A stretch of DNA of 64,000 bases from contig NC_042998.1 of assembly GCF_006345805.1 (NCBI RefSeq), forward strand, positions 176,204,001 through 176,268,000, written 5' to 3'. Under the pieces are notes generated by a model, which was given only the letters and a program-made list of their open reading frames with translations, did not search any database and was not told the origin of the DNA. The stretch's first letter is position 1, and every line of letters begins with the position of its first letter. This document shows, piece by piece, positions 51,714-64,000 of this stretch. A program made the translations under genes and the position numbers. Source of the stretch: Octopus sinensis. Its lineage: Eukaryota.

Positions 51714-53803
51714 CTTTTTTAAAATTGAATGAAATTTAATAGAATTTTAGAATGTCTAATGGAATCAAAAATTATTTTTATGCATTTGTGTACATTTAAA
51801 CTAATTAAATATTATTTTACAGAATAATATAATTAAAATTTGAATAAAACCCTTTCTAATGAGCGTGATGCTCTTTCGTCCGCCATCATCGGTTAACGAA
51901 AGCGCCGACGCGAAGTCGGAGTAACTATCTGTTATGATAAAATACACGAAGCACATTGTTCCACATTATATGCAATATTGTGTACTATTTCGATTGAATA
52001 CAAAATTAATATAAAATTAACCACCATGTTTTAAACGCACACACACACACACACACACACATACATACTCACTCACACACACACATACACGCACACACAA
52101 ACATATGTGCGCGCGCTCATATGGAGTACAGAGTCCGATAGGTATGAGCGATGAAGCTAGATTTATCTAACCACATGACTTCTATATTATTATGATCGTT
52201 AATCTTCTTCATGCAGCATTAATTTTAGAATCCAGAAAAATTATACGTTTACATGTTTAAATTACACGTTGATAGGTATGGTTAGCGTAATGCAATACAA
52301 TTGTCTATTGCAAATAAAGAAAGCTAACTCATGAGATCACTGAAACATCGTGGTTACATCTACCGTTCAGCTATAATTTATCGCTCCGATTTTCTGGATC
52401 TTTAATTACGCGGACATATCAAATTACGTGACATTATATTTGATTACTAAGTGACTGATAGCCGATTCCGAAGGAGGAGCTTACTGTGATAGCCACACGA
52501 TTCTCTGAAACCATATTTTATATTGCTCTTTTTTATATTATTTGCAAGCATTTCGCAGATACAAGTGTTACCAGTTGAAAGCTCCGCGTACCGGAAACTA
52601 GCAGACTTAGAGGGTCCTTAGGAGGGAATGCGCCACATTTCGGGGCTTTTCTCTCAACGGCATTATACGCATCGCCCTACCCTCTCACTGAGACGTGACC
52701 CCACTTACTAGNNNNNNNNNNNNNNNNNNNNNNNNNNNNNNNNNNNNNNNNNNNNNNNNNNNNNNNNNNNNNNNNNNNNNNNNNNNNNNNNNNNNNNNNN
52801 NNNNNNNNNNNCCTTTTTAAATTGAATGAAATGATAGAATTTTTAGAATGTCTAATGGAATCAAAAATTATTTTATGCATTTGTGTACATTTAAACTAAT
52901 TAAATATTATTTTACAGAATAATATAATTAAAATTTGAATAAAACCTTTCTAATGAGCGTGATGCTCTTTCGTCCGCCATCATCGGTTAACGAAAGCGCC
53001 GACGCGAAGTCGGAGGAGTAACTATCTGTTATGAATAAAATACACGAAGCACATTGTTCCACATTATATGCAATATTGTGTACTATTTCGATTGAATACA
53101 AAATTAATATAAAATTAACCACCATGTTTAAACGCACACACAAACACACACACACACATACATACCACTCACACCACACACATACACGCACACACAAACA
53201 TATGTGCGCGCGCTCAATGAAGTAAGTACAGAGTCCGATAGGTATGAGCGATGAAGCTAGATTTATATTAACCACATGACTTCTATATTATTATATCGTT
53301 AATCTTTCATGCAGCATTTTTTAGAATCCAGAAAAATTATACGTTTACATGTTTAAATTACACGTTGATAGGTATGGTTAGCGTAATGCAATACAAATTG
53401 TCTATTGCAACTAAAGAAAGCTAACTCATGAGATCACTGAAACATCGTGGTACATCTACCGTCAGCTATAATTTATCGCTCGATTTCTGGATCTTTAATT
53501 ACGCGGACATATCAAATACGTGACATTATATTTGATTACTAAGTGACTGATAGCCGATTCCGAAGGAGGAGCTTACTGTGATAGCCACACGATTCTCTGA
53601 AACCATATTTTATATTGCTCTTTTTTATATTATTTGCAAGCATTTCCAGATACAAGTGTACCAGTTGAAAAGCTCCGCGTACCGGAAACTAGCAGACTTT
53701 TAGGGTCCTTAGGAGGGAATGCGCCACATTTCGGGGCTTTTCTCTCAACGGCATTATTACGCATCGCCCTACCCTCTCACTGAGACGTGACCCCACTTAC
53801 TAG
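51714..53803. other. ~1 kb direct duplication (51714-52711 and 52812-53803) straddling a 100-N scaffold gap
   Basis: Copy boundaries coincide exactly with the gap edges; differences are mostly 1-3 bp indels. Confidence 0.9.
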
Positions 53804-54346
53804 ATCAACTGGTTACTGGACTTCACTCATCGGCTTTTTTTAATCAAATCCAGTGACTTACTCTTTTCACTGTAGCCTAGATATTGCTCATGATGGTATT
53901 TGCTTTACTTTGAGTTAGGTTTAGCAACCACAACCATCGCCTCATACTGTTTCCAATAAATCCTCTACATCCAACTTCGATTGGATAATGTTCTGCTTTT
54001 CAATCTGCGTTTTCACATTCATCAAGATGTCCATAACGGTCGATCCTTTCGAGGCCGAATGGCGTCCATTTTTATTTTCATGAGGAACTGTTTGGTCGAC
54101 CAGTTTTATTACTCTCTTCGCTACCTCCCTCTTTCTCTCTCTCTTTCTCATATATACATGTGTGTATATGTGTTGTGTGTGTGTGTATGTGCGTGGTGTG
54201 AGTGTGTATGTGGTGCGTGTATGTGTGTGTGTGGTTGTGTGTGTGTCTGTGCGTCGTATGTGTGTATGTGTGTTTACACTACACATACATTCGCATTTAT
54301 ATACGTACGACGCAAGTGTAAGCATACAGATGCATATCATTGTGTG

Positions 54347-54379
<33 letters not shown>

Positions 54380-54459
54380 GTGTGTGTGTGTGTAAATATA
54401 GAAACGTACATATGTGTCTGTGTATAATCCTATATTTTGCAGCATCTTCAGTGTTACTT

Positions 54460-54888
54460 TTTTGCTTCTTCTTCTTCTTCTTCTTCTTCTTCTTCTTCTT
54501 CTTCTTCTTCTTCTTCCTTCTTCTTCTTCTTCTTCTTCTTCCTTCTTCTTCTTCCTCCTCCTCCTCCTCCTTCATCTTCTTCTTCTTCTTCTTCTTTTTC
54601 TTCTCCCTCTTCCTCCTCCTCCTCCTCCTTCTTCCTTCTTCTTCTTCTTCTCCTTCTCCTTCTTCTTCCTTCTTCTTCTTCTCCCTCTTCCTCCTCCTCC
54701 TCTCTTTTCTTCTTCTTTCTTCTTCTTCTTCTTCTTCCTCCTTCTTCTTCTTCTTCTTTCCTCTTCTTCTTCTTCTTCTTCTTCTTCTTTTTCTCCCTCT
54801 TCCTCCTCCTCCTCTTCCTCCTCCTTCTTCTTCCTTCTCCTTCTTCTTCTTCTTCTTTCTTCTTCTTCTTCTTCTTATAATAATAATA

Positions 54889-54934
<46 letters not shown>

Positions 54935-54935
54935 T
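54460..54935. repeat. (CTT/CCT)n plus (AAT)n compound microsatellite
   Basis: Direct reading. Confidence 0.95.
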
Positions 54936-55499
54936 AATTTATTGTGTTCATATATAAAATGAGTTACTGAATGGATGTGTGAGCGCTAAATAATGGAATC
55001 GTCAGTGTTGTATGAATATATATTTTTATCTCTGTATTCTCAATGTAAGTAGTCTTCTATATTTCGTTGTTTTATATAGACGTTGTTGATAGTCGCTTCC
55101 GATCGTATGTTTGATAAACAACGGATATTCTTTGTGTGTTATCATAATACATAATTTTCCTTATTTTCATATGGTTCTTCATTTTGATCTCATTGACTAT
55201 GATAGTTACTATTGTTCGCTAGTTAAATTCTGTTTTAGTTTTAATTGTAGCTATTGATGGAATGTATATACTTCTGAGATACATTATTATTCTCTTTAAA
55301 TTCGTGCTAGTTTCATGAATATTCTAAACCTCATGACGTCTGCAATTGTCTGCCGGGCATATTTATGTGTGTGTGTGTGTGGTGTGTGTGTGTGTGTGTG
55401 TGTGTGTATGCGAGTGTATGTCTTTACAAAGTTTAAGCTTTGTTGTATTAGCATTTTGTTGCTACCGATAGTTTGATTGCTTTGCTGAATTGGTGTCGT

Positions 55500-55554
<55 letters not shown>

Positions 55555-55574
55555 ATATATATAGATTATAATAT

Positions 55575-55606
<32 letters not shown>

Positions 55607-55743
55607 GTGTCTCAAGAAGTGTGAATTAGAATTGTGATATGACATATTTGAAAGAACAATCTGATTGACTTAATGAAAACGATGTTATACAAAAGAAAAC
55701 TAGTCGTGGTTTTTCATGTCTCCATATATGTACGCCAGTATAC

Positions 55744-55809
<66 letters not shown>

Positions 55810-55958
55810 CAATCATCAGAACACATTAAAGTGTCTACCCGCTAGAAATGAGAGTTAAAATCCTCATTTGGACCACAAAAAATTTAACACTGAAAATAAC
55901 AGATTCAACAGTATACGAGCAAGTGGATCGAAAACATCTCTCACATATCTATATAGTA

Positions 55959-56353
55959 CTAGCAGTATCGCCCGACGTTGCTCGGATTTGTAAGGGAAAT
56001 AACTATATAAGCATTTTTAGAGATGTATAGTATAATAGCCATCTCAAGATGGCTAACCACAAAGGGGGGTGTTACTGTAGCTTTTTTACGTTCTAAGATT
56101 TAATAATACATTTTTAGAGAGTTACTTCCCTTATATAATAGCAAAAAATGCATTAAAAATGGGAAAAAATGATGATAAATTATTTTTAAAATCGTAGACT
56201 CATTGTAGACGCGCGCTAATACCCAGAAGGGCTCGATATGAATCACGACTATAAGATACCCGCTTTTGGTTAAACTGCACCGCAAAATGTGGGAGTAGTT
56301 AGGAATCTAAATCGTAGGAGACAGACACACAACTTGACTTTTATATATAAAGA
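55959..56353 (-). mobile_element. Non-autonomous Helitron (family of 28656-29055)
   Basis: Reverse complement of the same element, with TC/CTAG termini at an AT site. Confidence 0.9.
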
Positions 56354-56717
56354 TAAAGCTACGTATTTAATGGTACAGCTATTCTTTCGATCCACATGCT
56401 CGTATACTATTGAATCTGTTATTTCTTACTAGGAAGGCGTCATTCCGTATAAAATATTTACATGTGTCTACTCATACAATATCGTCTAAAAATCTATAGA
56501 AATTTTGGGGTGGTCTATATAAGAATTTTAACTCTCATTTCTAGCGTGTATACACTTTAATGTTTCCTTATGATTAATTTTAATTTTATAGCTATATAAT
56601 GCTGATTTAGGCCTGCAACCACCTATGTTAAAATTGTTGTCATTATCAACTATTTTTATTGCCTTCGATAATAATAACAATATTAATCTCTCTCTCTCTC
56701 TCTCTCTCCTCTCTCCT

Positions 56718-56765
<48 letters not shown>

Positions 56766-56839
56766 CATACAGGAGTTTGTGAGTAGAATTACGTGGTAGA
56801 TCTTCAGTTAAGTGGTGAAGTAGTTTTCCTTGCACACTT

Positions 56840-57480
56840 CTACACATTCACCTGTTGTCTTCCGAAGACAGTGATGAAAGTGAAGATCCTACTGTTGACT
56901 TTTTCATCCGTGTTTTTGAGAGTAACCTACTGAGGTAGGAGAACCTGTCAGTTTTCCCCCAAGGTATTGTCCATTCTCGTTACAAATTTCCAAGTATGCT
57001 ACACAACCTCAGCCTTCATTGTTTATTGTGAGGCTAAAGTTGGCTCAGGCCGTTGTGAACTGACCCTACTCTCACTACATCTCCTGCTCGCAAGAAAGTT
57101 GAGAGGTCGGTTAACCTCAGCCTTCATTGTTTATTGTGAGGCTAAAGTTGACTCAGGCCGTTGTGAACTGACCCTACTCTCACTACATCTCCCGCTCGCA
57201 AGAAAGTTGAGAGGTCAGTTAACCTCAGCCTTCATTGTTTATTGTGAGGCTAAAGTTGGCTCAGGCCGTTGTGAACTGGCCCTACTCTCACTACATCTCC
57301 TGCTCGCAAGAAAGTTGAGAGGTCAGTTGTTGTTAGGAAGTTCCTGAGAACAACTTCTTTTCCTTTAATGAGAATTTGAAGACGGCAGGCGTTGTTCAAC
57401 ATGACATCAATACAGAACTTGACACCGATGTCCTCTGTGCTGTTGTCGAAAACATCAGTTAGTATTGCCGAAAACACGAT
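56840..57480 (-). mobile_element. RTE-clade LINE RT remnant containing 3 x 108-bp tandem copies (57005-57328)
   Basis: 'FSAILTDVFDNSTEDIGVKFCIDVMLNNACRLQILIKGKEVVLRNFL' resembles the RTE RT pre-FADD segment. Repeat starts at 57005, 57113 and 57221. Confidence 0.75.
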
Positions 57481-58019
57481 ACTGAAGTGTGTGAGGATTT
57501 AGAACACAAGTTTATTTGACGTTATTTCTTACTAGGAAGGCGTCATTCCGTATAAAGTATTTACATGCGTCTATTCATACAATATCGAATAAAAATCTAT
57601 AGAAATATTCCGCTGTACAATAAAACATTGAAACAAAACACTGTTAACACACCAGCAATTTATCATTTGTTGGTGTCTTAATTTCATATCTAAAAATATA
57701 TGGAATTCTAGATAGGAAATAAGATATTTTGTCATTAGATCATTTTATGATAAAAGTTTCCCAATAAAACAAAACACAAAAATAAAAGCACAAAAATGAA
57801 AACAGCAAAAATCATGCATTTTTATATTTATTTCTATTTATTATGTATTTAAAAATTTTCAATGTTTGAATTTTGCCTAATTTCCTATACTATTATTTTT
57901 TTTCTCTCTTTTTTTTTTGTTTTCTATCGTTTGAGAGAGAGAATCGTGTTCATAGAAGCTACAAACCAGGCTCAGATTCGAGAATTTAAATAACATACAG
58001 AACATATATCATTATATGG

Positions 58020-58073
58020 CTGGACAAACTGATGATAGGGTCATGAAACCTTGAAACAGATCATGTGGACCAG
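58020..58073 (+). ncRNA. Degenerate hammerhead-like motif
   Basis: CUGGAC-AAA-CUGAUGA-U-AGGG-UCAUGAAA-CCUU-GAAAC...GGACCAG. Core and stem II are present, but no valid NUH cleavage site. Confidence 0.35.
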
Positions 58074-58251
58074 AGAAAACTTCCATACAAGCAGAAAATA
58101 TCAATACATAATTTAAAACTAAAAGAAAAACAACTAAGGAACAATAAATGTGCTTAACAAAACAGGGAAGAAAGAGAAAGTAGAAAGCAAAATCGTGTAT
58201 TTAACCAAATACGTATGAAAGAAATGCTTTGTGCTTCTGAGTGTCCATAAG

Positions 58252-58282
<31 letters not shown>

Positions 58283-58353
58283 GTGTGTGTATGTGCGCGC
58301 GCGTTCGTGTGTGTGTGTGTATGTGTGTGTGTATGTATGTATATATGTGTATG

Positions 58354-58386
<33 letters not shown>

Positions 58387-58490
58387 TGTATGTGCGCGCG
58401 CGTGTGTGTGTGTGTATGTGTGTGTATATGTATGTATATATGTGTATGTATATATATATATATATATATATATGTATGCATATATATGTG

Positions 58491-58537
<47 letters not shown>

Positions 58538-58647
58538 ATATATATACATGTACATATATTTGTATATATATATATGTATATATAATATATATATGTAGAT
58601 ATATATATATATATGTATATATACATGTATATATATATGTGTGTATA

Positions 58648-58679
<32 letters not shown>

Positions 58680-59201
58680 CGTATGTATATACATATATAC
58701 ATACACACACATAATATATGTATATATACGCACATATATATATGCAGTCGGTGTGTGTAAACATCTACTCGTGCATATACATACACATTTCATTACCACA
58801 CTTTTACTTTCGTTTTCCTTTGCACGCGATCCCTTCCCCCTCCTACCCTTCTCTGTGTGTGTGTGCCTGTCTGTCTCTCTCTGTACCCTCTTAATCTCTC
58901 CTCTCTCTCTCGCTCTTTCTCTCTCTCTCTCTGTCCAGAGTTACATCAAAAAATTAGCCATCCGTAGACTGCTGTATCAAGTCTTTAAGAAGATTGTCTG
59001 AGTCATCATTCTATAATGTGTTGCAATACGAACTTGGTTGGTTTGCAACTAATTCTATCGTTTGGAGCCAGGCAGAAGAGATATCTGAATTTGAATGGTA
59101 CATCTAACTATGTAATGTTACTCCTTACACACAAACACGCCGGCATCTATGCGTACACATGAATTCATAAATGTGTATTTATGCATGTATGTACGTAAGT
59201 G

Positions 59202-59233
<32 letters not shown>

Positions 59234-59243
59234 TGTATGTATG

Positions 59244-59283
<40 letters not shown>

Positions 59284-59432
59284 AAAAATGAGAGAGGGTA
59301 AAGAAGAAAGGAAAGAGGGGGAAGAAGGGGATGAAATATAGATACGCACTTACATGCATCTGTGTATCTATATATATATCGATCTCTACCAGCCTCTTCA
59401 TGTCTGTATGTGTATGAGTGTGGAAACAAAGA

Positions 59433-59468
<36 letters not shown>

Positions 59469-60738
59469 GGAGGGAAAAGGTGGGAAAGAGAAAGTGAGAA
59501 ACAGAGAATGAGAGCGAGAGATGTGTGTGTGTGTTTGTGTGTGTGTGTATGTGTATGTGTGTGTGTGTGTGTGTGCGTGCGTGTACGTGCGTGCGTACTT
59601 TTGCATGCGTATATATAAGGCATAAGTCACCAATATGTAAATGTAGTGATGAAATTCCCTTACTTCTTGAAAAGGTTTGAGAATGTTGGGCGCTTGTAAT
59701 TAATGGAATGAATGACTGGTAGATTGACTGATTGATAAAATGAATGAATAAATGAATAAATGAATGAGTTGACAAAGTGAGAATTTATCTGGAGAATATA
59801 TTTATTTATAGGTATATATTTTTATCTCTAAATACAGATTAACTGTTTAACATATAGCATAGCTTGCATTGCGGATTTCAGAAGTGTTATATGTATGCAT
59901 AGAATTCGTGAAATGAAATATTTAAATTGAACTAAAGAAAAGCCAGAGTTACGCAATTAAAGTATTATTATATGTATAATGTACAGACTGTGCAGAAATA
60001 TATTAAGTATAGAAAAGATATTGTCTAAAGGACAGTCGGATAGAAGATTACATTTTGTAATGCACACGAAAACCGATTCAGTGTAGTTCTCAAATTTTGG
60101 CGGAATTCCATAATACTTTAATTAGAATTGGTAAGGTGTAAATATTATAGATGATACATGTATACGTGATGCGTAGTCATATAGATAGGTGATAGGTAGT
60201 TTTGTTGAAAGTGGACGCTGAGGTGAAAGTAAAAGCTGTGGAACTTACTCGGCTTCGGATCACAGCCTCTACTTGTTAACAACATATAGCTGTAACCCAA
60301 ATTGTCGCTACAAATGCGAGACCGTTTAAACTCTGCCAAAAACTACATCACTAACTCTAGAATTTCTCTTTTGCGCCAGGAATTTCTTCAGTTTCTGATC
60401 AATTATTGATTCCCAGTTGAGCTCAAGTAAGACCTACACTGAAATACTTACTCATGAACTTACACATTGGATTTCTTTTGAAAGGAAGTTTATCGAAATT
60501 ATTGGCCACGATTTGAACACCAACTGGTTTTAGTCACTCGCTCTGCTTCTTAAAATACCATCGACTGGCCATATATAATGAAGTGAATGACCTGATGGCG
60601 ACTACATGAAAGAAGACAACGCTTAACTGTAAGCAATGGTGAAGGGCTGTAAAGAAAGAAAGAAATGTGGCACAGTCAAACTGGATAATACAAGGAAAAG
60701 CTAGAACAAGATTCACTACTCAAGGTCTGCCAACAATA

Positions 60739-61298
60739 TTGTACTTGTACTTGTACTTATGGCGACATTCACCCTGAGCGGGTTGAGTCGGTTTCTTCTA
60801 CCACCCTCGAGGTATCTCGAACCATGGCATCCTACACACGACGGTCCTGCGCCAGTTCACTGGAGATAGCGAGCCAGTCACGGTTCCATCGGTGCAGGCC
60901 GACCACCTGCGGTCCCGTGAGCACGGAGAGGTCCTCCTTGATCGTCGTAAGCCTTCAGGTCTTCAGCTGCCTTCCCGCGCGTTTCCACCAGTTGGGAAGT
61001 GGAGTTGGGAGAAGGACATCACGGCTCAGTTCACCCACCGGACGCCTTACATGCATGGCCAAACCACCGCAAGCGCCGTTGCAGGACAGATGCAGGCCGA
61101 CCACCTGCGGTCCCGTGAGCTCGGAGAAGTCCTCCTTGATCGTCGTAAGCCTTCAGGTCTTCAACTGCCCGCCCGCGCGTTTCCGCCAGTTTGGAAGTGG
61201 AGTTGGGAGAAGGACATCACGGCTCAGTTCACCCACCGGACGCCTTACATGCATGGCCAAACCACCGCAAGCGCCGTTGCAGGACAGATGCAACGGCG
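60739..61298 (-). mobile_element. 5'-truncated RTE LINE 3' end with 2 x 198-bp internal duplication and 10-bp TSD
   Basis: Minus 'LQRRLRWFGH' and 'ELAQDRR', (TACAAG)n tail, TSD GCCAACAATA at 60729-60738 and 61299-61308. Repeat starts at 60893 and 61091. Confidence 0.9.
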
Positions 61299-61719
61299 GC
61301 CAACAATAGTCTGCAATGCTGAGTCATACTACAGCTACAACGTCCTCCGTTTCGTTATATATCCTCATCAAACACTCATCCACCATTTCTCCTCCTTTCA
61401 CCACTTAAATTATGTTTTACTTCTCAAACCCTGTTTCTTCAGAATTTACTCCATCCTTGCTCTCTAGAGCTGGGGCTCTCTGGAATTTTCATTTCATTCT
61501 CATTTTTCCTTCGGGAACAGAGCTATTCAAAACTGAATTTTAACCGTATCAATGTCACAGATCCGCGGTGATTTACATTACCATATGATAAGAAAAGTTA
61601 AAGTACAAATTAGAAATAGGGAAAAGGTATTAAATACACGTCGGAAAAAAAGTAGTAGTATTCTCTTATTCGAGATTTCCCTCCGTTACCAGACACACAC
61701 ACACGCACGCACACACACG

Positions 61720-61764
<45 letters not shown>

Positions 61765-61837
61765 TAATCATAAGCGATCTGAGCAAAATTAAGGGGTGGG
61801 GCTTATTTTGCGAATGAGAAAGACTAGATCCTATATA

Positions 61838-62107
61838 TCTCTTATTATAAAAGGCAGATTTTATCTGCCTCCCTTTGGGTGTTATACAAATCTACAATAT
61901 AGGATTTCTTCAATTACAATTTACCTAGCAGTTTTAAGAGTACAATGCATCGCGTCATGCCAGGTCCAGTTTTTAAAATTTAAACTCCAATTAAGCAAAA
62001 TTTACAGAAAACTCACATTCTGGTGTGTGTGTCACATGCTTTTCTTAGTCTGGTTTACACCACACGCAAACGCACACACACAGTGGGCAACGAATAAAAT
62101 GAAAGTA
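61838..62107 (+). repeat. ~270-bp dispersed element with Helitron-like 5' end; near-identical copy at 63043-63310
   Basis: A|TCTCTTATTATAAAAGGCAGATTTTATCTGCC start in both copies; 3' terminus not seen. Confidence 0.7.
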
Positions 62108-62612
62108 AATGTAATATTTGTTTCTGTCTATCACGCTGATAGATACATGAGTAAAATGTATGGGAAGCTAATAGATAACAGTGAGTGAAAATGTTCTTGG
62201 AAGAGAGTAAATTAGCGACAGTGATTGAGGAAGACTAAACTGAAACTATGAAACAGTGTTATGTATAAACAGACGACACTTTATAAACCCTTTCGTTACC
62301 AAACCGCCCGAATTTACCTATTCATATTTAAATGAGAATATCAGAGTAAATCTCTTTAGTACATTCGTGAAAACACGTATTATACTTCGTAAACACTTCA
62401 AATACAGTTTTGTACAAAAATCGAAGTGTAATTTTGATCCGTGAATTATGGGAGATTTTTTTCCGAAATTTGTTCCTATTGTGTTTTCAAAATTTGTAAT
62501 TCTGACAAAAAACGGATACGAATTTCATTATATCAAGCAGCGAGTCAGAATTCGAAGGATTTTCTACTGAAGACCTTCATAAATCTAACTCTATGACTGA
62601 AAAAAAAAAGCA

Positions 62613-62997
62613 TCTTTATATAAGAGTGAAGTTGTGTGTCTGTCCCCTTCGATTTACATTCGTAATTACTCCCACATTTTGCGGTGCAGTTTAACCAAAA
62701 GCGGGTATCTTATAGTCGTGATTCATATCGAGCCCTTCTGGGTATTAGCGCGCGTCTACGATGAGTCTACGATTTAAAAAAAATTTACCATCATATTTTT
62801 CCATTTTTTTTTCGCTTTTATATAAGGGAAGTAACTCTCTAAAAATATCTACGATGTGTCAACGATTTTTAAAAAATTTACCTTAATTTTTTTTCAATTT
62901 TTAATGCATTTTTTTGCTATTTTTTGGCTATAACTCTCTAAAAATGCTTATATAGTTATTTCCCTTACAACCCGAGCAACGCCGGGCGATACTGCTA

Positions 62998-62998
<1 letters not shown>
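62613..62998 (+). mobile_element. Non-autonomous Helitron with a short internal duplication
   Basis: A|TC start, CCCGAGCAACGCCGGG hairpin, CTAG|T end. Confidence 0.9.
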
Positions 62999-63044
<46 letters not shown>

Positions 63045-63460
63045 CTCTTATTATAAAAGGCAGATTTTATCTGCCTCCCTTGGGAGTTATACAAATCTAC
63101 AATATAGGATTTCTTCAATTACAATTTACCTTGCATTTTTAAGAGTACAATGCATCGCGTCATGCCAGGTCCAGTTTTTAAAATTTAAACTCCAGTTAAG
63201 CAAAATTTACAGAAAACTCACATTCTGGTGTGTGTGTCAAATGCTTTTCTTAGTCTGGTTTACAGCACACGCAAACGCACACACACAGTGGGCAACGAAT
63301 AAAATGAAAGTAATTGACTTACTGTAGTGAGTGATTCTTTCACTCTGCCTCCCACTTCCTCTTTCCACACAGACACGCAAATATATAAATAAAATTGTAA
63401 GCTAACGTGCGTGTGTGTGAGTGGGTGTGTGTGGGTGTGCGCGTGTGTGTGTGTGTGAGG

Positions 63461-63496
<36 letters not shown>

Positions 63497-63561
63497 GCGT
63501 GAGTGTGTGACAGGAAAGTTTTTTACGACGAATATAACACCTATATCCAAGTAGCAGAAAG

Positions 63562-64000
63562 ATAAGACAGTAAGGTGTGATTTGAGGGAGATTTGGCTGC
63601 TATTTCTACCATGTCTAGCTGCCATGTAGGGGTCTCCCTCATAGGCTCATACATACATATATACATAGATAAGACAGTAAGGTGTGATTTGGGGGAAATT
63701 TGGCTGCTATTTCTACCAGGTCTAGCTGCCATGTAGGGGTCTCCCTCATAGGCTCATACATACATATATACATAGATAAGACAGTAAGGTGTGATTTGGG
63801 GGAAATTTGGCTGCTATTTCTACCAGGTCTAGCTGCCATGTAGGGGTCTCCCTCATAGGCTCATACATACATATATACATAGATAAGACAGTAAGGTGTG
63901 ATTTGGGGGAAATTTGGCTGCTATTTCTACCAGGTCTAGCTACCATGTAGAGGTCCCCCTCATTGGCTCATATATATATACATACATAAGACAGTAAGGT
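63562..64000. repeat. 107-bp tandem repeat, 4 or more copies, running off the window end
   Basis: Units start at 63562, 63669, 63776 and 63883. Confidence 0.95.

Noticed and set aside
51865-51920. Paired hairpins with CCGAUGA...GAAAG on the minus strand
   Set aside because: No valid stem II or cleavage site, so it is not supportable as a ribozyme.
57005-57328. Regular repeats as a possible CRISPR array (also 63562-64000)
   Set aside because: Whole units repeat with no unique spacers, the context is eukaryotic, and no cas genes are present.
62285-62610. piggyBac-like left end (AACCCTTTCGTTAC)
   Set aside because: No matching right TIR or TTAA pair is visible, so it is too weak to call.

Overview
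Eukaryotic, AT-rich, extremely microsatellite-dense DNA ((TA)n, (CA)n, (TATG)n, (TATC)n, (TAA)n, (GAT/GGT)n). The repeat families and SSR load suggest an octopus/cephalopod genome; this is inference, not a database match. I recognise no intact host gene, rRNA, true tRNA or CRISPR array, and almost all listed ORFs are microsatellite translations. The window is a mobile-element graveyard containing: three tRNA-derived SINE families plus a fourth SINE type; two CR1/L2-group LINE copies; R4/Dong-type RLE LINE pieces sitting in (TAA)n; two RTE remnants; Penelope-like (PLE) RT fossils; a deleted mariner; non-autonomous Helitrons; a MITE with a 6-bp TSD; and a gag-like ORF1 remnant. A 100-N gap (52712-52811) is flanked by a ~1 kb duplication that is probably an assembly artefact. 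The most interesting signals are minimal hammerhead-ribozyme (HHR) motifs, including two facing copies in a 78-bp-arm palindrome with a ribozyme-less collapsed sister copy; a 113-bp-arm hairpin; SINE/LINE shared 3' tails; one SINE body carrying three different tails; and an ATG-less Asp-rich open frame. I found no convincing wholly new system, and the HHR/palindrome loci are the best leads.
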